A stretch of 64,000 nucleotides of DNA, from assembly GCA_964016885.1 (NCBI GenBank), contig OZ024755.1:30814001-30878000 (forward strand), read 5' to 3'. The stretch is from Eledone cirrhosa. Its lineage: Eukaryota. Below the pieces are notes generated by a model. It was not told the DNA's origin. It was given only the letters and a program-made list of their open reading frames with translations, and searched no databases. Position 1 is the stretch's first letter, and each line of letters opens with the position of its first letter. Both the position numbers and the translations under genes were made by a program. Of the stretch, positions 12,790 to 24,592 are shown one piece after another.

Positions 12790-13240
12790 GTGTGAGGAGC
12801 GCGATGCTGCATGGTAGTGAGACATGGGCAGCAACTGCAGAGGATATGCGACGGCTGGAGAGAAATGAGGCAAGCATGCTCCGTTGGATGTGCAGTGTAA
12901 ATGTGCGTGAACGACCCAGCATAAATGTGTTGAGAGAGAAACTGTGTCTGAGAGGGATAGAATGTAGTGTACGGGAGAGGAGACTGAGGTGGTATGGACA
13001 TGTGATGCGCATGGAGGATGACCGATGGGTGAAGAAGTGCCAGGAAATGCCAGTTGAAGGAAGACGTGGTAGAGGTAGACCACGAAAAACATGGGCGGAG
13101 GTGGTGAGAACAGACCTCAGATCATTGAAGCTCACGGTGGAGATGACGAGGGACCGTGACGAGTGGAGAGATGCTGTGCTGAATAAGACCCGTCCCACCC
13201 TTGCAAGCAGGGAAAAGCGGACGTAAAATGATGATGATGA
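12790..13240 (+). mobile_element. RTE LINE 3' fragment (end of ORF plus (tga)n tail)
   Basis: CVRSAMLHGSETW...LERNEASMLRWMC...RLRWYGHVMRM...GRRGRGRPRKTW...RDEWR, then tgatgatgatg. Confidence 0.92.
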
Positions 13241-13526
13241 TGTATATATGAATACTTGTAATACATATATCATAGATTGAGTTAGAAACTCAAAATAGTC
13301 TTTTACAATTAAATAGCTCAAAGAAGGGAATCTTTCCGAGCCATGTAATATAATTGAATATATGAGAGGGATGAACACCGATACAAGTATACATGTGTTC
13401 CAATTGCAAATGACCAAGTTAGCTAGGTTCAAAAATACTAATTTAAAACAATATGATTTGCCTGACTCGATTTAACATAATAAATCAATAAAAATAATAA
13501 ACCTATATCGGGCAAATAGCCTATGA

Positions 13527-13601
13527 TACCCGAACAGACATGAATCTGTTTCGCAAGAATTATTAAGTGAAAGCTGGAATTCCTGTGCTCTTCTGCGGGT
13601 A
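13527..13601 (-). ncRNA. Type I hammerhead-like ribozyme with U4A core change, inside a short fold-back module (13500-13644)
   Basis: tacccg-CAGAAGA-gca..tgc-GAAA-caga(ttcatg)tctg-TT-cgggta; all three helices pair. Confidence 0.6.
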
Positions 13602-14344
13602 TCCAGCCCTCCAGGTTTCATAGGCTATTTGCCCAATATAGGTTTGTTATATATGTATATATATATATATATATGAATCATAGTAAGGTAATTCGGCAAT
13701 GTAACATCATGGGAGATGGGTCCAATAGGTACATGGCAGCACTTGTTTCATTGTAAAAAGCGATTTAGATCAAATAGTGTGCTACAATAAAGCTGGAGCC
13801 ACTTGTGTTAGTTGTGTTACGTACAATTGGAATCTATTCCACATTCAGTTAGATATGTCCTACAAAATATTTAAGCGCATTACACCACTGAGCTGGATAT
13901 TAATGTATATATCTACCTTTATATTATGAATGTATATATCATCATCATCATAATCATCATCATCATCATCACCATTTTATGTCTATTTTCCAGGCTTGCA
14001 CAGGTTAAACAGGTTATTAGGTTCTGTTTTTTGACTGGTGGCATAACTGTGTCTCACTCATACATTCAATTCTGGTATAGTTTCTATGTATGGAAGCCCT
14101 TCTCAACACTAAGCAGTTTATGGCATGCAGCGGGTGTTTTTTATCATAGCAACAAGACTACCAATTTACAGAATGGGTTGGGTGCATTTTATCATGACAC
14201 CAGCACTACCAATTTACAGTATGGGCTGAGTGTATTTTATTGTGGCACCAACACTACCACATTTCATCACTAGAGTGATTGTGCTTTTGGCCACAATGGG
14301 AATATGTGTGTGTATGTTTATATATATATATATATATATAGTGA

Positions 14345-14545
14345 AGGCGCGTAACTAAGTAGTTAGAGAATTGGATTCGCAATCGTGCGGTTGTGATTTT
14401 GATTCCCAGGCCGGGCGATGTGTTATGTCCTTGAGCAAGACACTTTATTTCATGTTGCTCCTTCTGCCTGGACTTGCGACCGACAGATAGTATTAGCAAT
14501 TGGAAAGACCAATGGAAACATTGTTTCCTCAGTCCGATTTGACAA
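14345..14545 (+). mobile_element. CORE-type SINE, second subfamily (different 3' part)
   Basis: tRNA-like head plus ccttgagcaagacactttatttc; the 3' part matches 19248-19345 and 57792-57862 in reverse. Confidence 0.75.
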
Positions 14546-14598
14546 GCTCCACCCCACTCGTTAAGTGAATGAGGTCTGGGATCTTGTCAATCGACTGT

Positions 14599-14653
<55 letters not shown>

Positions 14654-15260
14654 TCTAATAAACAACATAAGATAATTATTTCATTTATCTGCCTTCAGCC
14701 ATCAGAATGTACCTTTCCTACGGAAATACTTCATTTATATATATACTTATATATACAAATAATCAGTGCTAAAAGTGTATATATGTCCAACCTGTGCAAG
14801 CCTAGAAATCAGCTGTAAAATAATGATGATACACACACACACAAATATATGTGTGTATGTTTTATGTATGTGTTTTGTATGTATGTGGGTGTGTGTTTGT
14901 GTAGGTAGATATGTTATAATTTTTAAGAATAATTTGTAATTGTCAGCGACAGAATAAATATATAAGCATACATATCTGTACATATATAGTAAGAAGGTAT
15001 GTACCTATGTATGTATGTATGTACAAAAAGGTGGGCATATATGTATAAAGTAGTAGAGAGGTTTAGTTTAAATGTTATTAAAACCATGTTATCAGATTTA
15101 GTCTTTTGTCTAATCTCTTACTTTTTGTTGAAAATAATAAATATTTTGGAGTACCTATTGCCTTGGCTTATTTTTATAAGTTTTCATTTTTATTTTTCAT
15201 TATTCTCTCTCACTTCTTTCTTTCTTTCTCTCTATATACATTCATACACACATTCTCATG

Positions 15261-15548
15261 GAGTTCAATTCTCAGACCGGGTGATGTGTTGTTTCCTTGA
15301 GCAAGACACTTTATTTCACATTGCTCCAGTTTACTCAGCTGTAGAAATGAGATGATAGGGACTGGGGTCCATATCATTCCACTGCAAAGTGGTCGTGGAG
15401 GTGCCACGGCAAAAAAAGCACCCAGCACTCACTGTAAATGAGGTTGGTGTTAGGAAGGGCATCCAGCTGTAGAAATCATGCCAGAATCAGTTCCCGTCAC
15501 ACCCTTGCAAGCAGAGAAAAGGCGGACGTAAAATGAAATGATGAAATG
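15261..15548 (+). mobile_element. CORE-type SINE family B (5'-truncated), near-identical to 9070-9350
   Basis: Direct sequence match, also visible as shared ORF translations. Confidence 0.85.
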
Positions 15549-15589
15549 ATACACAATCACATGTGTATGAGTATGTGTGTGTGTGTATG

Positions 15590-15621
<32 letters not shown>

Positions 15622-15649
15622 CCAGGATTTGTAGTTAAATAGAACCTGC

Positions 15650-15860
15650 ATTGCCAGTATTGGTAGAGGGTCGGACGCCATGCTTTGAAGCATAGAGTTA
15701 CGGCCCTTTAAGATCTGAGTTCAAATGCCACCGAGGTTAACTTTGCCTTTCATCCCTACGGGGTCGATAAAATAAAGTACCAGTCACGGACTGGAGTCGA
15801 TTTAATCAACATTCCCATCCCCAAAAATTGCTGGTCTTGTGCCTATATAAGAAACCATTA
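15650..15860 (+). mobile_element. SINE family A, long subtype
   Basis: Family consensus match. Confidence 0.85.
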
Positions 15861-16023
15861 ATTTTCTAGCGACAATGATGCTGAAAAGTCATATATTCAT
15901 TCCTAGAATGTAAGTGCAAGCAGATAAACATTTCAAATTATATAATATATAAAATATAACGCACAAATTCTGTCCGAATGATGAATTGCTTCAATGACAT
16001 TATGGCTATCAATTTCTTTATAA

Positions 16024-16208
16024 TATTGTTTCTACTTTAGGCACAAGGCCAGCAATACCCAGTGCATTACTGGTACTTTATTTTATCGACCCCGTAAGGA
16101 TGAAAGGCAAAGTCAACCTCGGCGGGATTTGAACTCAGATCGTAAAGGGACGTAACTATGCTGGAAAGCATGGCGTCCGACCCTCTACCGATACTGCCAA
16201 TCCACCGC
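16024..16208 (-). mobile_element. SINE family A with TSD caatttctttataatatt
   Basis: Reverse complement of the consensus; flanking direct repeat at ~16010-16027 and ~16221-16238. Confidence 0.88.
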
Positions 16209-16663
16209 AGTATCGGTATCCAATTTCTTTATAATATTAATTGACCTGTAGATTAGAATTAACAAATATATGTTCTATCACCATTCTCATCTCTCATAAC
16301 TGTCGTATATCAAGGAGACTAATTATGTTGTGTTGTAATTTTTTTGTTGTTGTATTTTTTTTTTTTTTCTTTTTAGGCATGTGCTCCACAACTACCTGGA
16401 GCCTAATTTTTTAAAAATTTACTATCTTGAAATCCGACTCTGACAATCATCTAAATAATTTCAAACAGCTGTCTGGTCTATCTAGGCCTTCACTCAGAGA
16501 TTTGCCTCTGTTCACTGAATTTAAGCTTCCAATCTCAGCAACATATCTTAATATATGTTGTCATACAAATACACACACACACACACACGTGTGTATGTGT
16601 GTATGTATTTGTATGAGTGCGTGTGTGTCTGCATACGTGAGTAACTAACTAACTAACTATATA

Positions 16664-16832
16664 TCATCATCATCCTCATCATCATCATCATCATCGATTA
16701 ACGTCTATCTTCTACGCTAGCATGGGTTAGACGGATCCCATTTAGAGGCAAGTTGGGTCGGGTGACCGTGTCTCGCTCATATAGGGGTGTTTCTGGCTGG
16801 TGTTCTATGGCTGGATGCCCTTCCTAACGCCA
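16664..16832 (-). mobile_element. SINE 3' part with RTE-like tail
   Basis: Similar to 8472-8640. Confidence 0.65.
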
Positions 16833-16835
16833 ATA

Positions 16836-16929
<94 letters not shown>

Positions 16930-16981
16930 TATGTATGTATATATATATATGTATGTATATATATATATGTATATATATATG

Positions 16982-17016
<35 letters not shown>

Positions 17017-17055
17017 GTATGTATATATATATGTATATATATATGTATGTATATA

Positions 17056-17198
<143 letters not shown>

Positions 17199-17230
17199 AC
17201 ACGGGTGTGTATGATTGTGTATAGAAGATT

Positions 17231-17665
17231 ATATTAATAAGAGGAATTCCAACTTTGTCTGATTTACTCGTTTTATTTACAATCCTTTAAAATTTATAAT
17301 GGTATTATAATGAAATAGTATGATAGACATGCTCAACCAACCGTGACGCCTAAACCAATCAGCTTTAGTAATTCAGTGAAACTACACACCGATTGGTCGA
17401 AATACAGTTTGCAAGATTTAGCATTCTGGAGCCACTTTTCACTGTATATAAGGTACAAAATTTACCCATCTCATTACAGTCGAAAATTGCAAACTTGACT
17501 GTCACCACACATTATGAACCTGAAGATTGCGAAAGCATGAAAGTACTTGTTCAATTAACACTTAACATTTAATATTCTATCATACTATTTCATTATAATA
17601 CCATTATAAATTTTAAAGGATTGTAAATAAAACGAGTAAATCAGACAAAGTTGGAATTCCTCTTA

Positions 17666-17672
<7 letters not shown>
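17231..17672 (+). mobile_element. Penelope-like pLTR module with ~97-bp terminal inverted arms, CCAAT/TATA-like motifs and a minimal hammerhead
   Basis: Arms 17231-17327 and 17576-17672; ccaat at ~17354, tatataa at 17445, hammerhead at 17515-17553, aataaa at ~17626; ends in (TA)n. Confidence 0.75.
17515..17553 (+). ncRNA. Minimal type I hammerhead ribozyme (39 nt)
   Basis: tgaac-CTGAAGA-t-tgc(gaaa)gca-t-GAAA-gtac-TT-gttca: intact core, 5-bp helix I, palindromic GUAC loop III. Confidence 0.85.
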
Positions 17673-17716
<44 letters not shown>

Positions 17717-17731
17717 ATATATACTTATATC

Positions 17732-17770
<39 letters not shown>

Positions 17771-17970
17771 ACGCTGTGAAGTTTCTGTTACGTAACTGGA
17801 AGGACCCAGAATAATCAGAGAATTAACCCGGGCTGAACAAACTCAAACGAAAGTTGTCTTCCCTTCAATAGTCTAATTTGAGTTGTCTAACTTGTCATCA
17901 AACTACCGACATCTACCACACAGAATCCAGTCAGCTCATATATTCTTCTGTCCTCATCGCAGTCATACAC

Positions 17971-18005
17971 GGGTTGAAAATCCTTCCGGTGAAATGCACG
18001 TCCTC
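17971..18005 (+). ncRNA. Degenerate minimal hammerhead with U3-A8 core
   Basis: ggg-TTGAAAA-t-cc(ttcc)gg-t-GAAA-tgcacg-TC-ctc, followed by an ACTC..GAGT tail and (TA)n. Confidence 0.4.
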
Positions 18006-18483
18006 TAGTATTGTTTTGCTAATTTGTTGTGGAACTAACTCTATACCGAACTCGTTCTTTGGACTGAGTGCTCTACCAACTAGTACGGATATAACTTCCC
18101 GGCTTTTCACCACTATATATATATATATATATATATATACTAGACCACCCGTGACCTGTTGGGTCACGTTCGCTTAAAAATACTTTTTGAAAATCATATT
18201 CACTTAAAAATAATTTTTAAATAATTAAAATATTTACACATATATAATGTAAAATGAAATTTTCAATCTACTCTCTCACAACCACTATCTCTTTCTCTCT
18301 ATCCTTCTCTAATTATGTTTATGAAGGTACCAGGAAAGCCCCCGTGCTCCCTTTAAGCCAAATATTTAATTACGGAGATTGCACATTTCCACCGGTTGTC
18401 CGGACTAGCATTTTATATGCATGGAAATTCAACAGACGGAAAAAGTCAGCTTCATAAAAACCACATAAAAAAATAATGGCTTC

Positions 18484-18660
18484 TTATTTAGACGCAAGAC
18501 CTAGAATTTCGTGGTGAAGGGGAAAGCCAATTATATCCACGCTAGTATTTAACTGATACTTTATTTTCTCAACTCCGGAAGAGTGAAAAACAAAGTTGAC
18601 CTTGGTGAGATTTGAACTAAGAACACAGGAAGTGGTCATTAAATGCTGAAGAGCATTTTG
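18484..18660 (-). mobile_element. SINE family A, diverged
   Basis: tactttatttt...gaaaaacaaagttgaccttggtgagatttgaact matches the reverse consensus. Confidence 0.65.
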
Positions 18661-19117
18661 TTCCAAAAAACAGAAAGTTACCTAAAAGATGTTTCTGCAA
18701 ATATTTAGCTTGCCGAACGTTAGTTCCGCAATATACAGCAATTGTTGATTTCATGAGTGGATAATTGACGAGGAATGGGTAAAGAAACAAAGCTGTCTCC
18801 CTGAGAAATAACTGCTTAAGACAGATATATATAGAAATATACGTTTGGAGTCCTCTGTCGAGGGAATGTAGAAAAGTTAGACGATCAAATACAAGCAATG
18901 CATACATACATCGATTCATGTAAACATACATATATACATACATATATACACAAACACATACATACACACACACACATACACACATACATATATATATATA
19001 TAGTAATAATAATAAATTTGAAGACTAAAATCCAAAGAGGGTCGATAAGGATAAATATATATCAAATATATAAGAACCGTAGAGCAAATATTTATAGAGC
19101 AAATATATATATATATA

Positions 19118-19234
19118 GGAAAAGAGTCAGGACCCCGACGGCTGAGCTCCGGCTGTTTCGACAGCTAGATCCGAACGTTCGGATCTAGCTGTCGAAACAG
19201 CCGGAGCTCAGCCGTCGGGGTCCTGACTCTTTTC
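19118..19234. mobile_element. Perfect palindrome of family FA (no spacer)
   Basis: gaaaagagtcaggaccccgacggctgagctccggctgtttcgacagctagatccgaac|gttcggatctagctg...tcttttc between TA tracts. Confidence 0.85.
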
Positions 19235-19247
19235 ATATATATCTTAA

Positions 19248-19458
19248 ACGATCGACTTTCGTCAAATCGGACCGAGGGAACAATGTTTCCGTTGGTCTTT
19301 CCAATTGCTAATACTATCTATCGGTCGCAACTCCAGGTAGAAGGAGCAACGTGAAATAAAGTGTCTTGCTCAAGGACATAACGCATCGCCTGGTCCAGGA
19401 ATCGAACTCACAACCTTACGATTGCGAATCCAATTCTCTAACCACTCAGCCACACGCC

Positions 19459-19460
<2 letters not shown>
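19248..19460 (-). mobile_element. CORE-type SINE, second subfamily
   Basis: Reverse complement of 14345-14545 with an intact tRNA-like head (ggcgtgtggctgagtggttagaga...gagttcgattcc). Confidence 0.8.
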
Positions 19461-19508
<48 letters not shown>

Positions 19509-19511
19509 TGT

Positions 19512-19596
<85 letters not shown>

Positions 19597-19984
19597 GAGA
19601 GGGAGAGGGAGAGAGAGATAAATATGTGTGTATATATATATACATATGTGTGTGTGTGCGTTTTGTGTGCGCGCGTATTTGTGTATATGTGTGAATGTGC
19701 GTGCGTGCTCCTATATGAATTTCAATGACATTTTAGGCTCTCTTTACTGTGACTCTTTAATTTGCTGGATGGTTTTCAAAGCTAAATGTTAGTAGAAGTA
19801 TCCTCGAATTGAAGAGGAACGTAGTTCTTGAGAGAAACTATAGCACAATGTGTACAGTGTCGCTACTGTGACAGTCTTCACGAATGGGTTAAAGTAACCT
19901 ATAATTATTAGTTCACAGTTTCGAGTGAAAAAAAGCGCTGTTGAAATAACAATAGAAGTCTTTCTACAATTTAATATGATGTTC

Positions 19985-20170
19985 GCGATCGTACCCTCGG
20001 CAGTGGGGACGTCTGGTGTCCTTGGCCCTAGGGCTACCTCCCTACTCACCACCATAGGCGCTGAGCTGGCCAGCCGCCGGTGTGAGCCGCGTGAGTTGGA
20101 ATGCCTCTTCCAGCGCATCTCTTTTACCATCTTCCGGAGAAACACCTTCTCCATTCTGTTCGGCGAGGCT
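19985..20170 (+). mobile_element. Non-LTR (CRE/RLE-type) C-terminal fragment
   Basis: PSAVGTSGVLGPRA..LL..IG..LA.RR.EPRE...LFQRISF.IFR.N..SIL; related to 4925-5140. Confidence 0.7.
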
Positions 20171-20490
20171 GTGGGGAGACCAACACGTGGGACCCCATTG
20201 CCCACCATACAAAGAGATGGGGAGGGCGAGAGAGATAGGAGCGATGACAGTTGGAGTTCGGCTCTTCCACGTTCGGACCATATTCTTGTGGTTGTGTTTA
20301 TTTTCTATATAGAAAATTATTTATTTCCCACTTAAATTGGTTATATCAATTTCCTTGTCAGACTATTTTGTACTTATACTTAAGTGGACATTAAACTATT
20401 ATTGGTACAGGGAAAAAATTCACTTAAATAACTGTTTAACTGTTTTTAAAAGTTAATATCATTTGTGGTAGAGCTGATTCAATTTTCCAG

Positions 20491-20708
20491 AGTGTGCATT
20501 CGAAAACAGCGATGAACTGGACTCCGCCTGGCGGTAAACGGAGGCGGGGTTGCCCAAGGATCACCTGGCGACGAACGTTCCGGAAGGACCAGATGGCAGC
20601 CAACATCACCTGGCACGGTCTCGAAAAAGTTGCCGCTGATCGCGACCGTTGGCGAGTACTTACTGCTCGATGCGCCGAACGGCGCGGAAGAATCTAAGAC
20701 TAAGACTA
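20491..20708 (+). mobile_element. RTE LINE 3' end with (ctaaga)n tail
   Basis: AMNWTPPGGKRRRGCPRITWRRT...AADRDRWR.L, followed by taagactaagact. Confidence 0.8.
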
Positions 20709-20983
20709 CTGGTCATCAGTCAGAGAATACTTCTTGAGAAACTTCTCTCCAGCTTTCCTAATGTTACTTGTCTCGTGAAGCTCGAAGCTTTCTTATTAGC
20801 ATATACTGTCTAAAGTATAGTATATGATATCCAAATGCTTCATGCATTCATATTGAGGGTTTTGCCTCTTGTTTACCTTTTAGACAAAGTTGATCAGTAT
20901 CACCAGTCATGTGAACATTTCTGTTGGTCCTTAATAATTTTACCCAGACCTCATCTTGTGTTCACTCCCCGAAACCACATTGC

Positions 20984-21175
20984 GGGCCGGTGGATCGGCA
21001 GTATCGGTAGAAAGTCGGACACCATGCTTTCCAGCATAGAATTACGTCCCTTTACGTTCTGAGTTCAAATCTCAGCGAGGTTAGCTTTACCTTTCATCCT
21101 TTTGGGGTCGATAAAATAATGTACCAGTAATACACTGGAATAATTGCTGGCCTTGTGCCAAAAGTAGAAACAATT
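20984..21175 (+). mobile_element. SINE family A
   Basis: Family consensus match. Confidence 0.85.
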
Positions 21176-21387
21176 AATTTATTGCATGTGAGGAGTTCTA
21201 GTGACCGTATTTTATCCAAGTGTTATATTCCCTAGATTAGCAAATTGTGTTAAAAGCAGTCATATGATATATTTTATGAGAGGCCAGCATTGAAACGACT
21301 TCTCCACTATACAGTGGTGGCCATAACTGGACTCTGAAAACTAAGGTTGCGCATACATGTTAAATGTATGTATTTTTAATTCATATA

Positions 21388-21447
<60 letters not shown>

Positions 21448-21449
<2 letters not shown>

Positions 21450-21600
21450 AACGAGTAGGACCCCGACGGCTAATAGCCGTCGAAACGGCTTGAGCTCAGC
21501 CGTCGGGGTCCTACTCGTTCCTATTACCCACTCTACTACCCTAAGTATTGAGTACTTTGGTGCGTTATGGTCCACCTGGTTCCTTACCACATTTCCTTCG

Positions 21601-21601
<1 letters not shown>
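21448..21601 (+). mobile_element. Family FA fold-back module with tail
   Basis: Short inverted arm ggaacgagtaggaccccgacggct, then forward arm and 80-nt tail; between (TA)n tracts. Confidence 0.85.
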
Positions 21602-21675
<74 letters not shown>

Positions 21676-21676
<1 letters not shown>

Positions 21677-21887
21677 GTAGGTCCCGGGTTGAGTCGGGGA
21701 TAACCACAGTAAGTAAGGTACTCAATACATGGCAGAGTAAATTTTTTTTATTTTATAGGAGGAGCTTCTACAGGACTAGTACTGTTTCATTCAGATGAAA
21801 TCTTCAGGAAGCTTTCTTCAAGAGCTTCCTGAAGATTTCATCTGAATGAAACAGTACTAGTCCTGTAGAAGCTCCTTCTATAAAATA

Positions 21888-21891
<4 letters not shown>
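21676..21891 (-). mobile_element. Family F2 fold-back module with tail and two opposed hammerheads
   Basis: Tail 21676-21745, arms ~21746-21813 and 21823-21890; homologous to 31186-31370. Confidence 0.8.
21822..21874 (+). ncRNA. Type I hammerhead ribozyme (mirror copy on minus strand at 21762-21813)
   Basis: gagcttc-CTGAAGA-t-ttc(atct)gaa-t-GAAA-cag(tactagtc)ctg-TA-gaagctc: 7-bp helix I, GUA cleavage triplet. Confidence 0.85.
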
Positions 21892-21920
<29 letters not shown>

Positions 21921-21923
<3 letters not shown>

Positions 21924-22133
21924 GAGGTTATATTTAATTTGTTGGGATTCAACAAGCTTAAACATTTTTATAACTGATATAAAGCACTCAACAGTTTAGT
22001 GGAGCAAATATACAATATATTAACAAATGGAAACTATATTTATAAAACCATAGGTAAAGGTATGTCTTTTAGAGAAGAAGAGATTACCTATGGTTTTATA
22101 AATATAGTTTCCATTTGTTAATATATTGTATAT
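21921..22133 (-). mobile_element. Family F1 fold-back module (short arms, no hammerhead retained)
   Basis: Tail 21921-22008; arms 22009-22057 and 22084-22132. Confidence 0.75.
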
Positions 22134-22182
22134 GTGTGTGTGTGTGTGTGTGTGTGCGTGTGTGTGTGCGTGCGTGTATATA

Positions 22183-22213
<31 letters not shown>

Positions 22214-22448
22214 GCTTGGTGATCAACGATCTGCCCAGTTCGTTTGTCTACCAGTATATCATGAAAACATTATACATCTTCTGAGGAGGACATGTTTTGC
22301 TTTATGTTATACTTGAAACTTTATCTTTCGTTTATTACTATATATATATCGAAACGTTTATTACTATATATATATCGAAATATATTACTATATATATATC
22401 GAAATATATTAATATATATATATCGAAATGTTTATTACTATATATATA

Positions 22449-22569
22449 TCGAAACGGCTTGAGCTCATCCGTCGGGGTCCTACTCGTTCCTATTACCCAC
22501 TCTACTACCCTAAGTATTGAGTACTTTGGTGCGTTTTGGTCCACCTGGTTCCTTACCACATTTCCTTCG

Positions 22570-22570
<1 letters not shown>
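22449..22570 (+). mobile_element. Family FA module (arm plus tail), preceded by a ~22-bp tandem repeat at 22335-22455
   Basis: tcgaaacggcttgagctc...ccttcgt matches the other FA copies. Confidence 0.8.
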
Positions 22571-22666
<96 letters not shown>

Positions 22667-23188
22667 TGTGTTTGTGTGTACGTGTTTAACTGCAGAGGAA
22701 ATATTTCTGCATTCAACTGTTGAGTAAGCTCTTAAATGTTTTCGTGTTTCATGAACAGAAGGAAATGACAGGAAATGAAAATTGATTCTAAATATATAAT
22801 TTAACTTTTGAGAAATTCTTGAGGTAAATAAAAGTCAACAACAAGAATCAAGAACATACAAGAAAATTATAAGGAAACATTGAAATACAAGTAGAAAGAA
22901 CGTAATTGTAGAAATATGTGTATAAAGTGCAGAGGTCATTGATGGTCAAACTGGACGCCATTACGTCTAATTCTAGAATAAAAATTTTTTATTTCTATTC
23001 AATTTTTTCCTCGTAAAGCATGAAATCATGTAAATCAATTGACCAACTTCACACATATATATATATATATCGTTTTCGGTGCGCCCGGCCGATTAACTCA
23101 CTCGATATGCAAATTAGGTTGCTCAGCCGTTAATGTGCATAAGGAAAGTATATACTTTCAGACGTTCAATCATCTGGCAGGAAGGTAT

Positions 23189-23231
23189 ACAATGCTGACG
23201 ATAGCTAATAAGCTTGAAACTAGTACATCGT
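23189..23231 (+). ncRNA. Minimal type I hammerhead ribozyme
   Basis: acaatg-CTGACGA-t-agct(aata)agct-t-GAAA-ctag-TA-catcgt: intact core, palindromic CUAG loop III. Confidence 0.82.
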
Positions 23232-23537
23232 TCCTTTGTCAGTGTTGAACAAAAGGGCAACGATGGTTGCTAAACACTGTACGGCTTAATTCGGGATGTT
23301 TGTTTACAAACACACCGAGCATTATAATACATGTTCGGTAAATTCATACGTACATATATATATGTGTGCATGTATGTATATATATATACATATTAAATGT
23401 TCGGTAAATCCATACGTACATATATATATGTGTGCATGTATGTATATATATACATACTACTGTACGTCTGTATACATATATGTATGTACGTATACATACT
23501 TATATATTATATATACACGTATATATACGCACACACA

Positions 23538-23575
<38 letters not shown>

Positions 23576-23579
<4 letters not shown>

Positions 23580-23760
23580 TAAACGGAATAGAAAATGCTG
23601 ACAAATTGTTCACAGTGAAAAATAGTTTAATTAGGAATAAGTGAGATTAAGTAATAGTATTGGTTAGTATTCAGTTTTGGTTTTAAGTTTTACCGGTTGC
23701 GCATTTCTAATGCTTTCTCAAAAATAATTTTGAGATAGAGCGTCCGTGATGTTTGCTCTT
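23576..23760 (-). mobile_element. Single-arm copy of the 39083-39478 palindrome family
   Basis: tggtaaacggaatagaaaatgctgac...gtttgctct is nearly identical to 39086-39278. Confidence 0.8.
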
Positions 23761-23799
23761 ATTTATATATATTTATATATTTATATATATATATATATT

Positions 23800-24144
23800 C
23801 GGTAAACGAAATTACTTGGAGCGGCTTCCTTTGCCTCGGTCCCACCGCACCGCCTGTTTTGGCCGCCATATTATACTTATACCTATAAACTCCAGGCTTA
23901 GGCATTACTGTTAGCTGTATCATGCCTCTACTGGCACGTAAATAAACCCCTCATGTGTGAATTAATAATATACGTTTGGTATAGACGACGGCCTGTCCAG
24001 AACTAGCAGTCCAGAACTAGCCGTCGAAACGGCTTGAGCTCAGCCGTCGGAGTCCTACTCGTTCCTATTACCCACTCTACTACCATAAGTATTGAGTACT
24101 TTGGTGCGTTATGGTCCACCTGGTTCCTTACCACATTTCCTTCG

Positions 24145-24145
<1 letters not shown>
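23800..24145 (+). mobile_element. Longest family FA copy (no inversion), with ~200 bp of upstream sequence
   Basis: Ends with the FA arm and tail; upstream ctataaa TATA-like motif at ~23883. Confidence 0.65.
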
Positions 24146-24230
<85 letters not shown>

Positions 24231-24244
24231 CAAGAGTGATATAG

Positions 24245-24294
24245 ACAAGTACTCAAGTTTCGTTGGATTCTGGGCCCCAATTTCTTCAGCCTGC
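24245..24294 (-). ncRNA. Type I hammerhead ribozyme in a TA-embedded module (24230-24374)
   Basis: gcagg-CTGAAGA-aattgg..ccaac-GAAA-c(ttga)g-TA-cttgt; an ACTC..GAGT tail follows on the opposite strand. Confidence 0.7.
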
Positions 24295-24371
24295 CATGAG
24301 AAAAAATACTAAACTCGTCCTATGGACTGAGTGCTCATATTCTTGGATATTTCCACCCAACTTTTACTTCA

Positions 24372-24402
<31 letters not shown>

Positions 24403-24403
<1 letters not shown>

Positions 24404-24592
24404 GAACGAGTAGGACCCCGACGGCTGAGCTCAAGCCGTTTCGACGGCTAATTCTGTCCAGAATTAGCCGTCGAAACGGCTTGAGCTCAGCCGTCGAGGT
24501 CCTACTCGTTCCTATTACCCACTCTACTACCCTAAGTATTGAGTACTTTGGTGCGTTATGGTCCACCTGGTTCCTTACCACATTTCCTTCGT
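24403..24592 (+). mobile_element. Family FA fold-back module with tail
   Basis: 54-bp arms 24403-24456 and 24459-24512, then tail to (TA)n. Confidence 0.88.

Noticed and set aside
23975-24045. Complete hammerhead in the long FA copy
   Set aside because: The core reads tagacga and no helix I partner was found; kept only as a structural hint
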